The position numbers and the translations under genes were made by a program. The notes beneath the pieces are model-generated. The model did not search any database. It saw only the letters and a program-made list of their open reading frames with translations, and was not told where the DNA came from. 64,000 bases of DNA from NCBI GenBank assembly GCA_000146465.1, contig CP001946.1, one strand, 5' to 3'. Position 1 is the first letter of the stretch. The number at the start of each line of letters is the position of its first letter. Positions 1 to 10,348 of this stretch are shown one piece after another.

Positions 1-3
1 GTA

Positions 4-765
4 ATGTATAGATATCTTCTGGTGAATGAGTCGTCTCTGTACTTAGACATTTTCGAAGAGTTAGGGGACGAGATGTTCTTCCCAAACGAAAGAACGGTTG
101 CCAAGATGAATGCCATTCGAGAGTCGAAGAATGCGGAGGGCCTTATCTTTAGAAGATCGGATGTGCCCACCAACAAGTATATCCTGGAGATTTTGAATAC
201 CAAGATGGAGGCCTGCCAGGAAAGGCATCTTACTATGCTACAGCTCCTGACTGTCGAATACACTCCATCGATCCTCAGGAATTTCTTGTCACCAAGAACG
301 GTTTCTGAGCTGGAGATAATTTTTAGGTTCCTATTTACACTTACTGGGTTGTCATACTACATGAGCAGATTCAAAGGGTTTTGGTTTGCAAGGATGGCGG
401 CAATGGTTGTGGACAAATTCAGGTTTTCGATCCATTCAAGAATGAAGCCTGTTAGGGTAGAAAAGGATATGGATTACATAAGAGACTCCATGCTCTCAAG
501 TACTAAGAAGTGGCTTCGAGACATGTATCTTACAAGCGGGAAGGCGTATCATGCATGGAGCAATTTTTTTGATCTTTGTTTCAACTTCTTGGACGTCGAG
601 TACAAGTCTGCCCTTAGCAAGGAAGAGATAAAGATGTTTGAGGGTCGATTGGTTGGAAGTATAGTACTTCTTAAGGATGTATTGGAGGTTACCGAGCACA
701 GTGACTTGTTTGTTCACTTCCTGGGTAGCACCCAATGGATAGACATAGGCGGTGGTTCTGTGTAG
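4..765 (+). CDS. hypothetical protein; may be 5'-partial, since the frame is open to the window edge
   Basis: 253-aa ORF with no in-frame stop before position 4. No family recognised by eye. Confidence 0.4.
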   Translation: MYRYLLVNESSLYLDIFEELGDEMFFPNERTVAKMNAIRESKNAEGLIFRRSDVPTNKYILEILNTKMEACQERHLTMLQLLTVEYTPSILRNFLSPRTVSELEIIFRFLFTLTGLSYYMSRFKGFWFARMAAMVVDKFRFSIHSRMKPVRVEKDMDYIRDSMLSSTKKWLRDMYLTSGKAYHAWSNFFDLCFNFLDVEYKSALSKEEIKMFEGRLVGSIVLLKDVLEVTEHSDLFVHFLGSTQWIDIGGGSV

Positions 766-928
766 AACTTAAAGTTTTCCGAGTTTGTGAAGTTTCAGCT
801 ACTAAAACCTATAGAATTAATATTGGAACCTACTCTTCCAATATCAGGCTACTTTTATAAATGAGTGTCAGTGCTGTTTCAGATTGTGGTGATTTACATT
901 CAGAAATACACTGGAAGATAAATAAACA

Positions 929-1792
929 ATGGAGAGAAAGTCTCTAGGCAAGCCTTTTGAAAGAAACCTAAGGACTGTGAATGGCCTTGCAGATGGGGAC
1001 TTTGAGATTTACAAAAAAAGCTTCTTCGAATACTACGACGACCTGATACGGAAGTACTTTGGGACCTTTGAGAGATTTAAACTGAGGCAGGGTAAGTTGG
1101 CAAGGGTATTCTTTTCACACGACACCTTGAAGCTTCATTCCAAATATGAATGGGTTGTTACGAGGCTCAGCTATGGAAAGGAGGGAGAGCTGATGGTTCC
1201 CAGGAACTTCTACATACTGACAGAAACGGTTCTGAGCCTTGACTGCAAGGTTGGAGGGATCTTCCGGGTCCGAAACTCAATTACTACCATTAAGGAATGT
1301 GTAGATGCAATCAACCAGTATGTCAGCAGAAACCTCTCTTACGGGGAGGCTCGAAGACTTCTCATCCGGGATTTCAATGTGATTGATCTCACGACAGCAT
1401 TTAAGGAGATTCTTAGAGAATACTCCACCACCATTATTCCAGAGAGCTTGATAGACACTATGTTTAAAATAGCAAGGATCGAGAATAGAGACGATCAAAT
1501 CATTCTTTGCCAGATGCTATTTATATCAATGCCAAAAACAAATAGACATGTCCTGGAAGCAACAATTTACTTTTTATATGTGATGCATGACATTGCAACA
1601 GACGGAGGAAAGAACCACAAGAATAACATGAACATGGAGGGGATTTCCACCATAATGATGCCAAATCTTGTGATCAAACCCCACAATGAACTGGATCTAG
1701 AACAAGTTGGAGTTCTTGTAAATTTTATGAAGATGTTCTTTAGAGACTTTGCAAAGATTATCCAGCTTGATCCGAACATCATGGAACTTTAG
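929..1792 (+). CDS. RhoGAP domain protein
   Basis: ATG start verified. Motif 'KVGGIFRVRNSITTIKECVDAIN' matches the RhoGAP 'GIFRxSG' arginine-finger block. A later 'MNMEGISTIMMPNLV' resembles the conserved RhoGAP helix. Confidence 0.65.
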   Translation: MERKSLGKPFERNLRTVNGLADGDFEIYKKSFFEYYDDLIRKYFGTFERFKLRQGKLARVFFSHDTLKLHSKYEWVVTRLSYGKEGELMVPRNFYILTETVLSLDCKVGGIFRVRNSITTIKECVDAINQYVSRNLSYGEARRLLIRDFNVIDLTTAFKEILREYSTTIIPESLIDTMFKIARIENRDDQIILCQMLFISMPKTNRHVLEATIYFLYVMHDIATDGGKNHKNNMNMEGISTIMMPNLVIKPHNELDLEQVGVLVNFMKMFFRDFAKIIQLDPNIMEL

Positions 1793-1886
1793 CAGCCTAA
1801 CTATTCGACCAATAAATTCAAAAAAAGTTATTTATCTCTTTGCTGGTTTCCAAAGGTTATAACCGAACAAAGTAGTCCCTGGACGG

Positions 1887-2957
1887 ATGGGATTGCTTCC
1901 GTTGGATAAAAGGGCCAGAAGAATGAATCTCTTTGATGTGGGAAGGTGTATACTTGAAGGAATTGAATACATTGAAGAGATTCTTGAGTCTGGAATCAAC
2001 ATTACAAAGGAACTCGAGAAGGATCTTTATGTGCCATTGCTACTCTCGAGGCTGAAGACAGATGGATTTACAGAAGAGGACCATAGAAACAGCACATCCA
2101 TTGTTTGCTTGACGCCTTTGGGCCCGGGTTCGTTGAACAAGTTTCTACTGCGCTTCTTCAAGGGCTTTGCACTTAGTAGCAGAGATGGCCAAATCGACAT
2201 TGAGTTTTCCTCGAGACAGGATGCTACAAAGTGCTTGTATCTGAGTAGCAGAGATTTTACCTTTCTTCGTCCATCTGGCTATATAGAGTTCCCTGGGGAT
2301 GGAGAAGTAAGAGAGGCAGGAAGCAAGTACTGCAAAGATGTTCCATGCACTGTAGACAAGATTCTGCTGGGCCCGCTGGACATTTCCGCTTCTATCCTTC
2401 GGGATGCTCTTGACGAAATATCTCCCTTGCAAAGCTTTAGAGAATGTGGAAATCCCTCATATTTTGTCTTTACATTCAGGAACCCGGAACTTTGTGATCC
2501 TTTTGTAAAGGCCACAAGCCATATTTTTATCTCGGATGTGGGACGGCCTTTGGCCTCTGTAAGGGCTTACAAGGGTTGTTCAATACTGAATCTCGGCAGG
2601 AGCATTCCTTCTCTTATGCCAAGAAGAATGGCAGGGCCTATTGCGCTCAGCAAGGAAAAGACCAGGATAGTAGTGCTTTTAAATGTTATAGGCCCGTGGG
2701 ACGTAGATGTTTCGGAAATCATCGAGGCAATTAGAGGAATGTGTTCTAGAAACGAAGGAGTAAAAAATGTGATGGTACCTCGGAGCAAACACTTTCCTGG
2801 AAGACAGCCTGGGAGTTCTCGAATATTTATAGAATGCAAGGACTTGGAAACGTCCCAGAGGATTCACAATGAGTTTGGAGGGCTTGTTTATAAGGATCGG
2901 ATTGTTGCAGCAGGATACTATCCCGAGCTGAATTACTTTGCTGGAGAATATGAATGA
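1887..2957 (+). CDS. hypothetical protein with a C-terminal RRM/UHM-like domain
   Basis: The C-terminus 'RIVVLLNVIGPWDVDVSEIIEAIRGMC...RIFIECKDLETSQRIHNEFGGLVYKDRIVAAGYYPELNYFAGEYE' has the pattern of a U2AF-homology motif (SPF45/PUF60-like). No G-patch seen. Confidence 0.4.
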   Translation: MGLLPLDKRARRMNLFDVGRCILEGIEYIEEILESGINITKELEKDLYVPLLLSRLKTDGFTEEDHRNSTSIVCLTPLGPGSLNKFLLRFFKGFALSSRDGQIDIEFSSRQDATKCLYLSSRDFTFLRPSGYIEFPGDGEVREAGSKYCKDVPCTVDKILLGPLDISASILRDALDEISPLQSFRECGNPSYFVFTFRNPELCDPFVKATSHIFISDVGRPLASVRAYKGCSILNLGRSIPSLMPRRMAGPIALSKEKTRIVVLLNVIGPWDVDVSEIIEAIRGMCSRNEGVKNVMVPRSKHFPGRQPGSSRIFIECKDLETSQRIHNEFGGLVYKDRIVAAGYYPELNYFAGEYE

Positions 2958-3007
2958 CATGACGTTTATTAAACAAAAGACATGCAAAGGAATCCAAACA
3001 AACCAGG

Positions 3008-4435
3008 ATGAGCGAGAACAAGATTCCTTTGCATGTAATGTTGGTTACCTATTTGTTTTATCTTATTGTTGTTTTATTAGGGCATGCCAGAGACACATTT
3101 GGAAAGTGGCTTTTTCCCAAGATACAGAAAAGAAACAAGCTGGACGACAACAGGGTGCCGTTGTACAGCAACTTCGAAAGCTTCTTCAGACGTCGGATTT
3201 TCAAACGATTCCAGGACTGCTGGGAAAACCCCATTTCCGGAGTCCCGGGGAGGTATATCACTGTCCTGGAAAGGATAATAGAAGACTCCAATGAAAGCTT
3301 TCGCCTAACAGGAAAGAAGCTAAAGCTGCTCAATCTCGGGTCTTATAATTATCTCGGCTTCAGTAACAACGAGGGATCTATTGTGGAGAAGGTTGTGGAA
3401 GTGGTACACAAGTACCCTCTTGTACTGACGGCACCTGCAAGGGAGGTGGGAAGCTACGACATAATCAGGGAGTTGGAGGAGGAGATGGCGTCTTTTCTAC
3501 ATCAAGAGGACTGTATGGTGTTTTCGATTGGATATGGTACAAACTCCTCAAACATACCTGTGATATGTGAGGAGGGGACTCTCATCCTGTCGGACGAGCT
3601 TAACCATGCGTCTCTGATAACAGGGGCAAAGATCAGCAAAGGAGTTATAAGAGTATTTGAGCACAATAATATGAAGGACCTAGAGAGTAAGCTTATCTTC
3701 AACATTTCCCAAGGCCAGCCCTTGACACACAGAGCATGGAGGAAGATTGTTGTGATTGTAGAGGGAATTTACTCTATGGAGGGAACTATTGCCAACATAA
3801 AGAAGCTTGTTGAGTTGAAAAAGAAGTATAAGTTCTACATATTTGTTGATGAAGCACACTCGATAGGGGCACTAGGGGCCACGGGAAGAGGAGTATGCGA
3901 ACATGCAAATGTGGATTTCAGGGAGGTTGATATTCTTATGGGAACATTTACAAAGTCTTTTGGGGGGATGGGAGGATACATAGCAGGATCGAAGAAGCTG
4001 GTGACATGGCTAAGGTTCTATGGTGATTTGTCTCTATATGGAGACCAAATGCCACCATTTGTATGTTCGCAGATACTGGAGAGCTTGAGATGCATAAAAT
4101 CTACGGAGCTTGGAAGGTTGAAGATCGAAAAGCTCAGGTCGAACACGGTTCTCATGAGGCAGAACCTTGTGAATGCTGGCTTTTTTATACTTGGAGACGA
4201 ATTCTCTCCAGTCATTCCGATTCTGATAGTGTGCCCTGGGAAGCTGGTTGAGTTTTCAAGGCTCTGCATGATGGAGGGGATTGGGATTATTGTTGTTGGA
4301 TATCCAGCAACTCCTATATTGACAAGCAGGGTTCGGCTATGTATTTCGGCCTCACACACCACAGAGGATGTGATGAAAGCATTTGAGATCATCAATAAAG
4401 TGGGGGACAAGCTTGGAGTGAAGATTTGTAAATAA
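3008..4435 (+). CDS. LCB2: serine palmitoyltransferase subunit 2 (alpha-oxoamine synthase family)
   Basis: PLP-lysine block 'GTFTKSFGGMGGYIAGSKKLV'. N-terminal TM region followed by 'GHARDTFGK', as in LCB2. ATG verified. Confidence 0.85.
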   Translation: MSENKIPLHVMLVTYLFYLIVVLLGHARDTFGKWLFPKIQKRNKLDDNRVPLYSNFESFFRRRIFKRFQDCWENPISGVPGRYITVLERIIEDSNESFRLTGKKLKLLNLGSYNYLGFSNNEGSIVEKVVEVVHKYPLVLTAPAREVGSYDIIRELEEEMASFLHQEDCMVFSIGYGTNSSNIPVICEEGTLILSDELNHASLITGAKISKGVIRVFEHNNMKDLESKLIFNISQGQPLTHRAWRKIVVIVEGIYSMEGTIANIKKLVELKKKYKFYIFVDEAHSIGALGATGRGVCEHANVDFREVDILMGTFTKSFGGMGGYIAGSKKLVTWLRFYGDLSLYGDQMPPFVCSQILESLRCIKSTELGRLKIEKLRSNTVLMRQNLVNAGFFILGDEFSPVIPILIVCPGKLVEFSRLCMMEGIGIIVVGYPATPILTSRVRLCISASHTTEDVMKAFEIINKVGDKLGVKICK

Positions 4436-5434
4436 ATGGGGCTACAAGCAATAAAGATGAGGAGAGGGGATCCCATGGAGACAGAAGTATATGCAGTGGA
4501 CTTCAATCCGAGTAAAAACATACTAATATATGGAGGGGGGGACGAGAGATGCATTGTTATGGATCTCGGGACCGGCGACATTATCAGTATAGTAGAGAAT
4601 TTTAACGACTCGATAATATTTTGTAAGTTTGTAGATGATGAGAGATTCATTGTTGGATCGTTGAATGGAACGATATCTCTAATGACATTAGAAGATGAGA
4701 TTAATAGTGTTGAGGTGGGAGAAGACATCTCAAAAATGAAAATAGATGGAGATAAGCTTCTAGTGGGGACAGCCCAAGGAAATGTGCATCTATTCAGCTT
4801 GGACCTGTGTATTCAGAATGTCTGCATTGGCCAGCACAACGAAATACAAGACATATGCTATGAAAGAGGCAAGGCATACACCCTCAGCGAGGCAAACTTC
4901 ATGGTATTTGATGCCAAGAGCCACCAGAAGCTTATGGACTTGTACGTGAGGGATGGAAGTGCCATGGACAAGATCCCTGGGAGCGATGTAGTATGCCTGG
5001 GGTTGAAGGGATGTGCTCTAATACGAAAGAACGCTCATCTTCTGGGAAGGATCGAGATTGAAGGAAGTCCGGAATGTATCCTGTACATGAACAACTACTT
5101 TATTGTTGGTGGGGATTTTGATCATATCCTTCTCATTAACATGCCTATGGGAATGCGCACATTCAAGATACCGATTGAGGGAATGTCAGGGATATCGAGG
5201 ATAAGAGGAGATGGAGAAAATCGGATTGTGTTTGGAACGTTTGGAGGAGTGGTTGGCTTTGGCGACATAAGGGATGAGAAAAGTTTTAAGCTTGTCGAAG
5301 GTGGAGTGGGATGCATCTTTGATCTGTGCTTCAAGGACGGAATGATATATGTTGGAGGAGAAGAAGGATTTAATGTGGTTGATGTAGGAAAGGATTACAG
5401 TGGAGCAGCAAAGGAATACTTTCCTTCGAGCTAA
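4436..5434 (+). CDS. WD40-repeat protein (hypothetical)
   Basis: Repeated beta-propeller-like blades. The ATG directly follows the LCB2 TAA (taaATG), a 0-bp spacer. Confidence 0.5.
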   Translation: MGLQAIKMRRGDPMETEVYAVDFNPSKNILIYGGGDERCIVMDLGTGDIISIVENFNDSIIFCKFVDDERFIVGSLNGTISLMTLEDEINSVEVGEDISKMKIDGDKLLVGTAQGNVHLFSLDLCIQNVCIGQHNEIQDICYERGKAYTLSEANFMVFDAKSHQKLMDLYVRDGSAMDKIPGSDVVCLGLKGCALIRKNAHLLGRIEIEGSPECILYMNNYFIVGGDFDHILLINMPMGMRTFKIPIEGMSGISRIRGDGENRIVFGTFGGVVGFGDIRDEKSFKLVEGGVGCIFDLCFKDGMIYVGGEEGFNVVDVGKDYSGAAKEYFPSS

Positions 5435-5450
5435 TACTAATAAAGACGAA

Positions 5451-5828
5451 TCATTCAAATGATCTTGAAAACAGCTCTTTGGATATTAGTCCATCGGAGT
5501 TGAACATGTCTATCATTATTGATATATCTTCGTCTGGGATGTTCATGTCAAGCTTGGACGTGGCCTTTTTCAGTGTTTGGAAGGAGATGCAATCCTCTCC
5601 TGAGGAGAGAAAGTCAAACACACCGCTAATCTCTGTATCGCATGACGCAAACTCTACTGCATTATATTCTATTCTGTTTCCCATCTTCTTTTTTCCCAGC
5701 GGTTGTTTGAGTATACTCAGGCAATATCCTCTGTATTCCTCGTAGCTCAGAAACCCTTTCTTACCAATATCAAATGAATGTGGATCATTCGGGAGGCTCT
5801 TCTTTTCCATTAAAGTATGGGCACTCAT
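5451..5828 (-). CDS. EF-hand calcium-binding protein (centrin/calmodulin-like)
   Basis: Three EF-hand loops: 'DIGKKGFLSYEEY', 'DFLSSGEDCISFQTL', 'DMFNSDGLISKELF'. ATG verified. GGGG lies 10 nt upstream on the coding strand. Confidence 0.6.
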   Translation of the reverse strand: MSAHTLMEKKSLPNDPHSFDIGKKGFLSYEEYRGYCLSILKQPLGKKKMGNRIEYNAVEFASCDTEISGVFDFLSSGEDCISFQTLKKATSKLDMNIPDEDISIMIDMFNSDGLISKELFSRSFE

Positions 5829-5860
5829 ACTATTCTCCCCAAATAGCTATAGACACTTGG

Positions 5861-6649
5861 ATGAACGAAAAGGAGCCAGGAAAAGAAGATCATCGGAGTA
5901 CAGGAAACAGATGTCCAAGCGCTAGTAGAATGATTCCTACAGAACTGGAGCAACTGGATGCCGTTGCAGATGCTTGTCTCCGGGTATCCACGCCCATTAA
6001 GAGAGAAGGATATGAACTGTTCTCCGAAGACTTACAGAGAACAAAAGACGGGTCGATGCTCAACGACAAAATAATCAATGTGTACTTCGAGCTCCTTGCC
6101 AAACACTCGAAGACTCCTATGTATGTCTTTTCCACATTCTTCTACACAACCCTGAGCAAGAAAGGAGTGGAATGGGTGCAGAGATGGACTTCAAGCGCAA
6201 ACATATTTGAGAACAGATTGATATACATTCCAGTGTATGTTCCAGGGCATTGGATGTTTGTGGCTTTCGATGTCAGAGAGATGGTGCTTGAGCACTACGA
6301 CTCTATGGGGAATGTCTACACAGATGTAGTCCTGAGGATACTAGAGTATCTGAGAAGTGAGTGGAACAGGATCTACGGGAGAAAACTCTCTGTGTGTGTT
6401 CGGATTAAAAGAAAAATACCCTTGCAAAGAAACGGGAGGGACTGCGGGGTATTCGTGTGCATGTTTGGAAGATACAGGTTAGACGGAGATGGCTGCTGGT
6501 TCTCTTCGAACGACATCCCAATGTTTAGGAAGATGATGTTGCATGAAATTATAGATGGAAGGATTCTGTACCAGACATTCCATTGGTCTAGCCAGATTCC
6601 CTGTCCAAAAGAAGATACAAGCACTGTAATTGTAGATACGAAGCCTTAG
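5861..6649 (+). CDS. ULP1: Ulp1/SENP-type SUMO protease (peptidase C48)
   Basis: Catalytic His/Asp/Cys blocks 'GHWMFVAFDV...EHYDSMGN' and 'QRNGRDCGVFVCMF'. The upstream ATG at 5774 would overlap the divergent EF-hand gene, so I chose the ATG at 5861, which has a CCCC context. Confidence 0.7.
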   Translation: MNEKEPGKEDHRSTGNRCPSASRMIPTELEQLDAVADACLRVSTPIKREGYELFSEDLQRTKDGSMLNDKIINVYFELLAKHSKTPMYVFSTFFYTTLSKKGVEWVQRWTSSANIFENRLIYIPVYVPGHWMFVAFDVREMVLEHYDSMGNVYTDVVLRILEYLRSEWNRIYGRKLSVCVRIKRKIPLQRNGRDCGVFVCMFGRYRLDGDGCWFSSNDIPMFRKMMLHEIIDGRILYQTFHWSSQIPCPKEDTSTVIVDTKP

Positions 6650-6661
6650 CCCTTCAAGGTT

Positions 6662-6940
6662 ATGAAGAAGACGCCAAAGAGGAAAGAGACTGAAGATAAG
6701 AAGGAGTCCGTAGAAGAAGAAGGAGAAATCATCGAGCAGGTAGGACATCTCAGAAGGGAGATGTGTGAAAAGAAGCTTGGGTTTATAGATAAAAGTGTTG
6801 CAGATGAAATAAGGGAGTTGGTAAGATATTCTCTATACGAAGATGTAGAGGAGTTTGTAAACCCTTGGGCTGCAAATGAAGTGCATGGGATTTCAAACGA
6901 CATAGCTGCAATCCAAGCAGCTCTAGACGACCAGCAATAA
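6662..6940 (+). CDS. small acidic hypothetical protein (92 aa)
   Basis: ATG verified. It fits exactly between the Ulp1 stop and the MCM stop. Composition is non-repetitive. Confidence 0.4.
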   Translation: MKKTPKRKETEDKKESVEEEGEIIEQVGHLRREMCEKKLGFIDKSVADEIRELVRYSLYEDVEEFVNPWAANEVHGISNDIAAIQAALDDQQ

Positions 6941-6995
6941 ACATTCTGTCTATATCTATACAAAGAAGATAAATATTGGAAAGAGGCTCTTTATT

Positions 6996-9143
6996 TCATA
7001 CATCATAACTAGGATGAATGTGGATTTTCCCATCGCTGATAAACAAGACACCTTCCTTACCTATAAGGAAAGACAGGACGTTTTCTGCCTTTTTCTGTTC
7101 CTCGATTAAGGCTTTCTCGCTCTCTATGCATGACTCGCTTTCCGATAGAAATGCCTCGACCAGCTCATGTCTTTCCATCGGATCCCTCGTCTTTATAAGG
7201 TATATGAAAGAGTTTGTTATTCTTATGTAGTCCTTGCTGTTTATCATGAATCCGGGCTCGTCGGCAGTCTTGGGAACTATTTCTATGTCCTCCCCCTTGA
7301 CCTCAACAACACTGCTTTTCACCAGCCTGTACGCCTCCTCCACATACTCCTTTGTTACAAACTCGTTGTCATGGATCTTTGCAAGCGCCTCGCTAAGACG
7401 AATCAGACTCTCCAAATGCCTGACAGTCATCATGTAGTTGTTGCTGTGAACAAGACTATCCTGCCTTATCCCAATGTACTTCTTTATAAGCATCTCCTTT
7501 GCTTCATCCGTCATTTTTGGGGTCTTCCTTCTTGCATAGCGAAGATACAACTTTACTTGCTCCTTTGTAAAGTAACTTGCTAGCATCCCTTTGTCTGTAA
7601 TAGATGCATGGCTGTTGAGTATGTGTGTTGCAACATTCCTGTCATTCTCCATATTTGCATCGTCGATCAGTACAAAGTACAGATCAAACCTGGACATCAC
7701 TGGTGCACTGAGATTTATGTTCTGTCTTAGAGTCTTTTTCTTATCGTATCTACCCTTGATTGGATTTGCAGCTGCCAAGATGCTGGTTCGGGCATTCAGG
7801 GTTGCATTTATTCCTGCTTTCGAAATGGTTATTGTCTGCTGCTCCATTGCTTCATGGATGCTCACCTGATCCCGAACATTCATCTTATCAAATTCATCGA
7901 TACAGCATATCCCAGTGTCGCTCAACATCAGTGCCCCTGCCTCAATTGTAAACTCTCCTGTTTCTCCATCCTTTATCACACTTGCAGTAAGCCCTGCAGC
8001 ACTACTGCTCTTCCCAGAAGTATAGACGCTTCTAGGAAGGAAGGAACTCGCCTGCTTCAGAAACTGGGATTTTGCAGTTCCTGGATCTCCTACAAGCAGA
8101 ACATTGATGTCTCCTCGGAGGCTGGTTCCTCCCTCAGCCTTCTTTCCAACCCCTCCAACAAGAAGAAGTAGGATTGCGTTTTTGATTGAGTAGTGCCCAT
8201 GAATCGACGGAAACATACTCTGGCTCAATTTGTAATAGAGGTCAGATGCAGATCTCATTTCGTTTATCACAGCTAGTTCTTCGTTAGTAAACTCTCCATC
8301 TTCCACAAGACTGCAATCAGCATGTATGCACATAAAGCTTAACTTGTAGTTCAGATCCTTGATGTTTATGTTCCTTTTCTTTTTGATCTCGTCCAGCTCT
8401 CCGCTCTGTACAGGAACAGTCTTACTCTGAGGCATCATCAACTGTATCACATCGGGAACAACTATCAGATATCCTGTCATCACAACCTTGTCTCCAGCCC
8501 TTATCTTTTCAACCAAGTCGTTTCTGACTATCACATCCATGCTCCTTGGAAGTGATCCAGGAGGAATCTCTTCTGTATTTTCTTGCACATGTATCTTTTG
8601 CCAATTCAAAAACTTACTTTTGTCAATCTCGAGCTTCCATAGCCTCCTATTTGTGCAGAGGTGGTTTGGACATACCAAAGGCTCGGTGTACTTGAACTCC
8701 TGGAAAACATCACTGACAACTGAATTACAGACCTTACACACAAAAGTCCCCTGCGAAAGTTCCGGCCTTACTTGCGTCGTTCTGGTAACCGTCCCACTAA
8801 AGCTCAGAAGCTGCCCCAGCTTGTCGCTCTTCAGCTCTCGGATCTTGTAGACCACCTGACTGTTGTGGAACGACACCTGTTCAAGTGCAGTAGAAAACTC
8901 TCGCATCGTATATACAGCTATGCTTCTGTTAATCCTATCCACGTCCCTTGAAAAGTTTCTCACCAGGTCCGTGTACAGATCCACTGAATAGGAATGGACA
9001 TCCTGAAGATCAACCAATAGTACTGTTTCATTCCTGTATATGGCCTGTTCAGCCTCTGTCCTGATCTTCGATGTGTTGTCGAGGAATTCCAGGAACTTGC
9101 TGTGAACCTCCTCTGTCATTTGAGGATAAAATTTTTTCCTCAT
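6996..9143 (-). CDS. MCM2-7 family replicative helicase subunit (possibly MCM7 or MCM5)
   Basis: Zn finger 'CKVCNS...CPNHLC'. Walker A 'GDPGTAKSQFLK', Walker B 'CIDEFDKM', arginine finger 'SRFDLYFV'. ATG verified. Confidence 0.85.
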   Translation of the reverse strand: MRKKFYPQMTEEVHSKFLEFLDNTSKIRTEAEQAIYRNETVLLVDLQDVHSYSVDLYTDLVRNFSRDVDRINRSIAVYTMREFSTALEQVSFHNSQVVYKIRELKSDKLGQLLSFSGTVTRTTQVRPELSQGTFVCKVCNSVVSDVFQEFKYTEPLVCPNHLCTNRRLWKLEIDKSKFLNWQKIHVQENTEEIPPGSLPRSMDVIVRNDLVEKIRAGDKVVMTGYLIVVPDVIQLMMPQSKTVPVQSGELDEIKKKRNINIKDLNYKLSFMCIHADCSLVEDGEFTNEELAVINEMRSASDLYYKLSQSMFPSIHGHYSIKNAILLLLVGGVGKKAEGGTSLRGDINVLLVGDPGTAKSQFLKQASSFLPRSVYTSGKSSSAAGLTASVIKDGETGEFTIEAGALMLSDTGICCIDEFDKMNVRDQVSIHEAMEQQTITISKAGINATLNARTSILAAANPIKGRYDKKKTLRQNINLSAPVMSRFDLYFVLIDDANMENDRNVATHILNSHASITDKGMLASYFTKEQVKLYLRYARRKTPKMTDEAKEMLIKKYIGIRQDSLVHSNNYMMTVRHLESLIRLSEALAKIHDNEFVTKEYVEEAYRLVKSSVVEVKGEDIEIVPKTADEPGFMINSKDYIRITNSFIYLIKTRDPMERHELVEAFLSESESCIESEKALIEEQKKAENVLSFLIGKEGVLFISDGKIHIHPSYDV

Positions 9144-9174
9144 CTAAGTATCTCCCCAGACGTCCCGGCCCTCC

Positions 9175-9417
9175 TCACTTTACAGGTATGACCTTTCTGG
9201 TCAGTCTGCCTGGCGCCACTCTTCTGATGTTCGCCCCAAGGAGAACAAATGCATAAACAAAGGTGTATACAAACAGAGATGCAAATCGGAGACATACCTT
9301 TGGAGAGACGTAAGGTATGGAGATAACCACTGGAGCATGAAAGAGAACAAAAATACATATTGCAAAGTTTATCAATGCTATTCCCAAAAACCTTCTGTTC
9401 CTCTTTATATTTTCCAT
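9175..9417 (-). CDS. small two-TM membrane protein (hypothetical)
   Basis: 80 aa with two hydrophobic segments. ATG verified. Packed tail-to-head between two minus-strand genes. Confidence 0.35.
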   Translation of the reverse strand: MENIKRNRRFLGIALINFAICIFVLFHAPVVISIPYVSPKVCLRFASLFVYTFVYAFVLLGANIRRVAPGRLTRKVIPVK

Positions 9418-9441
9418 CCAGGGTCTAATGGCACCCCAATA

Positions 9442-10230
9442 TCATGTGTTCTTCTCATTGTAATCCCCACAATAATGCTTGTAGAATTCGGGGGAGAATC
9501 CAACTCTATGGCTTCCCACACATAGAAAGCCCCCCTGTCTGTCGAGACTTTCTGGTGGAATCCCAATGGTGCCCTTCGACGTGTCAGATTCAATCAATCC
9601 CGGGCATTCTACCTTCAAAACACCGCTCCTTGGCCTTGCAACGAAGTACACCATACTTGAAGTGCTCCAGAACTTGAAGTAAAATGGACACGCAAAAACA
9701 CATCCAGGCCTAAGCCGGTATATGAAACCCTTTCCAAAGATCACATATTCCTGATCGTATCTCTTGTCTGGATATACCCTATACACAGACCCTTTCTTTT
9801 CCATGCGTTCGTTTCTCTCACTGTACAGTTCATACTCATCTATCTTACCCTCCCCAAATAGCTCTTCTAGCTTGAGAAACAGGAATGTCCCATCGAAGTA
9901 CTCTTGGATTCTAAAAGGAGGGAGAACTTCATATATCTCCGACTTTAGTATCTTCTGCTTTGTAACCTCAATGCCCTCGAACTCTCTGTATGACAGGATC
10001 CCCCTCTTTTCCTCGAATGAATAGGACTGTATATAGTTTACAGTCATGAGGCTTGGCTTGCCTGTATGTACACAGAGGTTGTCGAATATTGAATGGCGAC
10101 TGAGACGCACAGGAATGTGGTACTCTTCACGAGGGGGAATTCTAATTGTGCTGTGGTGTACTATCTGGACAAAGGTACAATCTGGAGGACAGTCTGGAAG
10201 GAAGATCATCCCCTCATACAACCTAAGCAT
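9442..10230 (-). CDS. hypothetical protein
   Basis: 262-aa ORF with ATG verified. It starts divergently from NOG1. No family recognised. Confidence 0.45.
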   Translation of the reverse strand: MLRLYEGMIFLPDCPPDCTFVQIVHHSTIRIPPREEYHIPVRLSRHSIFDNLCVHTGKPSLMTVNYIQSYSFEEKRGILSYREFEGIEVTKQKILKSEIYEVLPPFRIQEYFDGTFLFLKLEELFGEGKIDEYELYSERNERMEKKGSVYRVYPDKRYDQEYVIFGKGFIYRLRPGCVFACPFYFKFWSTSSMVYFVARPRSGVLKVECPGLIESDTSKGTIGIPPESLDRQGGFLCVGSHRVGFSPEFYKHYCGDYNEKNT

Positions 10231-10348
10231 CCGCCTATGGGTTAAAGAATCTCTGGATCTATGGCTGTTTGCTCTTAGAGGAGAAGAGGTATGGAATGTC
10301 TAGGCCCAAGGACTCTTGCAATTTTTTCATTCTCTGAAAGTACCCCAA

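Noticed and set aside
4018-4728. 236-aa minus-strand ORF rich in Ser/Pro/Thr, antisense to the LCB2 3' end and the WD40 5' end
   Set aside because: Low-complexity composition, fully antisense to two well-supported genes, and no homology. It looks like a typical shadow ORF.
5774-5860. Upstream ATG for Ulp1 at 5774
   Set aside because: It would create a 55-nt coding overlap with the divergent EF-hand gene. The ATG at 5861 has the CCCC context and keeps the whole catalytic domain.
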